Made by a program: the position numbers and the translations under genes
The notes under the pieces: model-generated
What the model was told of the DNA's origin: nothing
What the model saw: only the letters and a program-made list of their open reading frames with translations
The model's database searches: none
Part shown: positions 59,601 through 64,000 of the stretch, one piece after another
Layout of the letters: every line of letters starts with the position of its first letter
How positions within the stretch are numbered: the first letter of the stretch is position 1
Assembly: GCA_040954595.2 (NCBI GenBank)
Contig: CM082580.2
Coordinates: forward strand, 10,828,390-10,892,389
Length of the DNA stretch: 64,000 nt
Reading direction: 5' to 3'
Source: Balanoglossus misakiensis
Taxonomy: Eukaryota > Animalia > Hemichordata

Positions 59601-62600
59601 TCAGGCAGCTTACATTCATCCTGTTGAGGTTGCTTTCAAGTGCGTTTGGTGATTCGATTAAATTATCTTTATACTTGTTAGTGGTTTTGATTCTAGTATC
59701 TATTCATCTGCAGATGTGCCATAATGCAGAATGTGTGGCAATCCCTATGGCTACCACACCCAGACCTGAAGTAACATCGCCACCACCAGAACAGACAACT
59801 TTGTCACCTTCTACACCACAACCTGACATTGCAACAACCAAAAACGATGTTACAACACAGCCTGATGTAGCAACAACCAAACAAGAACCAACAACACCAG
59901 CTGTTGCTGTAACAACACAGCCTGACATTGTAACAACCAAAGAAGAACCAACAACACAGCCTGATGTAGCCACAACCAAACAAGAACCAACAACACCAGC
60001 TGTTGCAGTAACAACACAGCCTGACATTGTAACAACCAAAGAAGAACCAACAACACAGCCTGATGTAGCCACAACCAAACATAAACCAACAACACCAGAT
60101 GTTGCAGGAACAACACAGCCTGACATAGCAACAAGCAAAGAAGAACCAACAACACAGCCTGATGTAGCCACAACCAAACAAGAACCAACAACACCAGCTG
60201 TTGCAGTAACAACACAGCCTGGCATAGCAACAACCAAACAAGAGCCAACAACACAGCCTGACATTGCGTCAACCATTAAAGTAGCTACAACACCAGTTGT
60301 TGCAGTAACAACACAGCCTGACATTGCAACAACAAAACCAGGACCAACAACAAAGCTGGACGTTGTGACAACCAAACAAGAACCAACAACACAGCCTGAC
60401 ATTGTAACAACCAAACAAGAACCAACAACACAGCCTGACATTGTAACAACCAAACAAGAACCAACAACACAGCATGATGTAGCCACAACCAAACAAGAAC
60501 CAACAACACCAGATGTTGCAGTAACAACACAGCCTGACATAGCAACAACCAAACAAGAACCAACAACACAGCCTGACATTGTAACAACCAAACAAGAACC
60601 AACAACACAGCCTGACATTGTAACAACCAAACAAGAACCAACAACACAGCATGATGTAGCCACAACCAAACAAGAACCACCAACACCAGTTGTTGCAGTA
60701 ACAACACAGCCTGACATTGCGACAACCAAGAAAGTAGCTACAACACCAGTTGGTGCAGTAACAACACAGCAAGACATTGCAACAACCAAACAAGAACCAA
60801 CAACACCAGCTGTTGCAGTAACAACACAGTCTGACATTGCAACAACAAAGCAAAAGCCAACAACACAGCTTGACATTGCTACAACCAAACAAGAACCAAC
60901 AACACCAGCTGTTGTAGTAACAACACAGTCTGACATTGCAACAACAAAGCAAAAGCCAACAACACAGCCTGACATTGCGACAACCAAACAAGAACCAACA
61001 ACACCAGCTGTTGTAGTAACAACACAGTCTGACATTGCAACAACAAAGCAAAAGCCAACAACACAGCCTGACATTGTAACAACCAAACAAGAACCAACAA
61101 CACCAGCTGTTGTAGTAACAACACAGTCTGACATTGCAACAACAAAGCAAGAACCAACAACACAGCCTGACATTGTAACAACCAAACAAGAACCAACAAC
61201 ACCAGCTGTTGTACATGTAGTAACAACACAGCCTGACATTGCAACAACCAAACAAGAACCAACAACACCAGCTGTTGTAGTAACAACACAGTCTGACATT
61301 GCAACAACAAAGCAAGAACCAACAACACAGCCTGACATTGTAACAACCAAACAAGAACCAACAACACCAGCTGTTGTAGTAACAACACAGCCTGACATTG
61401 CAACAACCAAACAAGAACCAACAACACAGCCTGACATTGCGACAACCAAACAAGAACCAACAACACCAGCTGTTGTAGTAACAACACAGCCTGACATTGC
61501 AACAACCAAACAAGAACCAACAACACAGCCTGACATTGCGACAACCAAACAAGAACCAACAACACCAGCTGTTGAAGTAACAACACAGCCTGACATTGCA
61601 ACAACCAAACAAGAACAAACAACACAGCCTGATATGGCAACAACCAAACAAGAACCAACAACACAGCCTAACATTGCAACAACCAAACAAGAACCAACAA
61701 CACCAGCTGGTGCAGTAACAACACAGCCTGACATTGCGACAACCAAACAAGAACCATCAACACAGCCTGACATTGCGTCAACCAAGAAAGTAGCTACAAC
61801 ACCAGTTGGTGCAGTAACAACACAGCCTGACATTGCGACAACCAAACAAGAACCAACAACACAGCCTGACATTGCGTCAACCAAGAAAGTAGCTACAACA
61901 CCAGTTGTTGCAGTAACAACACAGCCTGACATTGCGACAACCAAACAAGAACCAACAACACAGCCTGACATTGCGTCAACCAAGAAAGTAGCTACAACAC
62001 CAGTTGTTGCAGTAACAACACAGCCTGACATTGCAACAACCAAACAAGAACCAACAACACAGTCAGACATTGTGACAACCAAACAAGAACCAACAACACA
62101 GCCTGACATTGCGTCAACCAAGAAAGTAGCTACAACACCAGTTGGTGCAGTAACAACACAGCCTGACATTGCGACAACCAAACAAGAACCAACAACACAG
62201 CCTGACATTGCGTCAACCAAGAAAGTAGCTACAACACCAGTTGTTGCAGTAACAACGCAGTCTGACATTGCAACAACCAAGCAAGAACCAACAACACAGT
62301 CAATCATTGTGACAACCAAACAAGAACCAACAACACAGCCTGACATTGCGACAACCAAGAAAGTAGCTACAACACCTGTTGTTGCAGTGACAACGCAGTC
62401 TGACATTGCAACAACCAAACAAGAACCAACAACACAGTCAGACATTGTGACAACCAAACAAGAACCAACAACACAGCCTGACATTGCGTCAACCAAGAAA
62501 GTAGCTACAACACCAGTTGTTGCAGTAACAACGCAGTCTGACATTGCAACAACCAAACAAGAACCAACAACACAGTCAGACATTGTGACAACCAAACAAG

Positions 62601-64000
62601 AACCAACAACACAGCCTGACATTGCAACAACCAAGAAAGTAGCTACAACACCAGTTGTTGCAGTAACAACGCAGTCTGACATTGCAACAACCAAACAAGA
62701 ACCAACAACACAGTCTGACATTGCAACAACCAAAAAAGAAGCTACAACACCAGGTGCGGCTTTTACAACACAAGCTGACATAGCAACTACCAAAAATGAA
62801 CACACAACACAACCGGGTATTGCAACTACCAAGCAAGAATTTGAAGTAATGACAACACCAGATGTTGCAGTAACAACATCACAGGACATAACAACTACCG
62901 AAGAAGAACCCACAACACAACCTGACATGGCTTCTACAAGACAAGAATTTGAAGAAATGACAACATCAGATGTTGCAGTAACAACATCACAGAACATAGC
63001 AACTACCAAACAAGCACCCACAACACTACCTGACATGGCATCTACAAGACTAGCACAAACAACACCAGATACAAAACTTACAACACAGCATGACAAAGCA
63101 ACTTCCAAGGAAGAACTTACAAGAAGAGCCACTACCAAGCGAGATGTTACAACAGTTGTTACACCTGCTGTTACAAGTAAGGGGCCTTCTACACCCAGTG
63201 TTAGAACAAGGGCTGCAACCGAACCTGCTGTTGTAACCAAGGCTGTAACTATACCTGGTGCCACAATTGAGACCAGCACTGAATCTGGTGCTGCAACAGA
63301 GGCTGTATCAACACTTGATGATAAAACTGAGGAAACAACCATGTCCAATGCAGCAACCACAATTAAGGTTACAACCATTATAACAGCCAAGACTGCAGCC
63401 ACACCTGATCTTGCAAGTGATGCTATTACTACCGGTACACCTGGTGTTACAACCAAGTCTGTAATAACACCTGATGTTACAAGAACTAAGGTAGAAACCA
63501 CATCAGGTGCAACAGAGACTGCAACCACAGCTGCTGTTTCAAGCAAGGCATCAACTACACTGACTGTTACAGATATGGTAGTTACAACTCCCAATATTTC
63601 AACCAAAGCTCCAGCCACACATGTAGTTACCAGAGAGGCTACAACTGCACCTGATGTTTCTACTAAGATTACGACATCCGTGGGTTCAACCATGCCTGAT
63701 GTTACAACGTTGGATGCAACCACACAGGAATTCATCACAAGTGAAGCCGAAACTGCACCTGATGTTACAACAAAGGATGCATTTGTTACTGATCTTACAA
63801 GCATGCATGCAACAACTGAGGCGCTGCCCACATATGATTTTACCGGCGAGGTTTCAACTATATCCGGAGTTGATACCAAGACTGCAACCTCACCATTGGT
63901 TAAAACGGACACTTTAATTACATCTGCCGGTACACCCAAAAGTGATGTCACACCTGATGTTACTTACAAAGCTTCAACCATGGTTCATCTTACAAGTATG
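44603..64000 (+). CDS. ADAM/reprolysin-family protein with degenerate Zn site, disintegrin and Cys-rich domains, then a mucin-like region; 3' end lies outside the window
   Basis: Signal-peptide exon 44603-44669. Prodomain exons 47222-47360 (FGRTFNLILKEN), 50432-50495, 50629-50711 (NCFYHGEVAGDPNSRVVMSTCKG), 52023-52101 (YTIEPL). M12B domain from 55864 (KYIELAIVVD; LTYIEVWSDGD; CIM Met-turn; FSSC...CLLNEP). Disintegrin from 57843 (CGNGIIDAGETCDCG...CRESTTECDLAESCDG). Cys-rich to ~59740 (GMVADGTKCGEGKMCHNAEC). Exons between 52.1 and 55.9 kb are uncertain. Confidence 0.85.
59815..63100 (+). repeat. Coding minisatellite (39-nt and 21-nt units) encoding Thr/Pro-rich mucin repeats
   Basis: Units TTQPDIATTKQEP and TTP(A/V)V(A/V)V in the frame that begins at the 59714 acceptor. 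Confidence 0.9.

Noticed and set aside
59815-62760. CRISPR-like repeat periodicity
   Set aside because: There are no unique spacers or cas genes. It is a eukaryotic coding minisatellite.
59704-63951. 1415-aa minus-strand ORF and overlapping Cys-rich and Leu-rich ORFs
   Set aside because: These are antisense shadows of the + strand mucin repeat. The sense ORF is unlisted most likely because it has no stop inside the window.

Overview
AT-rich, intron-containing animal genomic DNA. An invertebrate deuterostome such as a hemichordate is my inference from gene content, not something the sequence proves. Exon structures were reconstructed by eye from splice signals and protein motifs. Gene order: ~6 kb with no recognisable CDS; an SNF/U1A/U2B''-family snRNP gene (+); a membrane-anchored tyrosinase (+); five tandem peroxisomal FMN-dependent 2-hydroxyacid oxidases (-); two tandem CBR1-like carbonyl reductases (-); a GTF3C4-like TFIIIC subunit (-); and, head-to-head with it, an ADAM-family gene (+) that runs off the window in a >4.2 kb mucin-like exon. 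The strongest signal is in the SNF/U1A 3' UTR: four separate hairpins each present the U1A-binding AUUGCAC loop of U1 snRNA stem-loop II, next to a consensus 5' splice site. This looks like an autoregulatory RNA array built differently from the vertebrate PIE. Other highlights are an AT-AC (U12) intron in GTF3C4, divergent active-site residues and gene-conversion mosaicism in the HAO array, and a catalytically dead ADAM fused to a giant mucin stalk.
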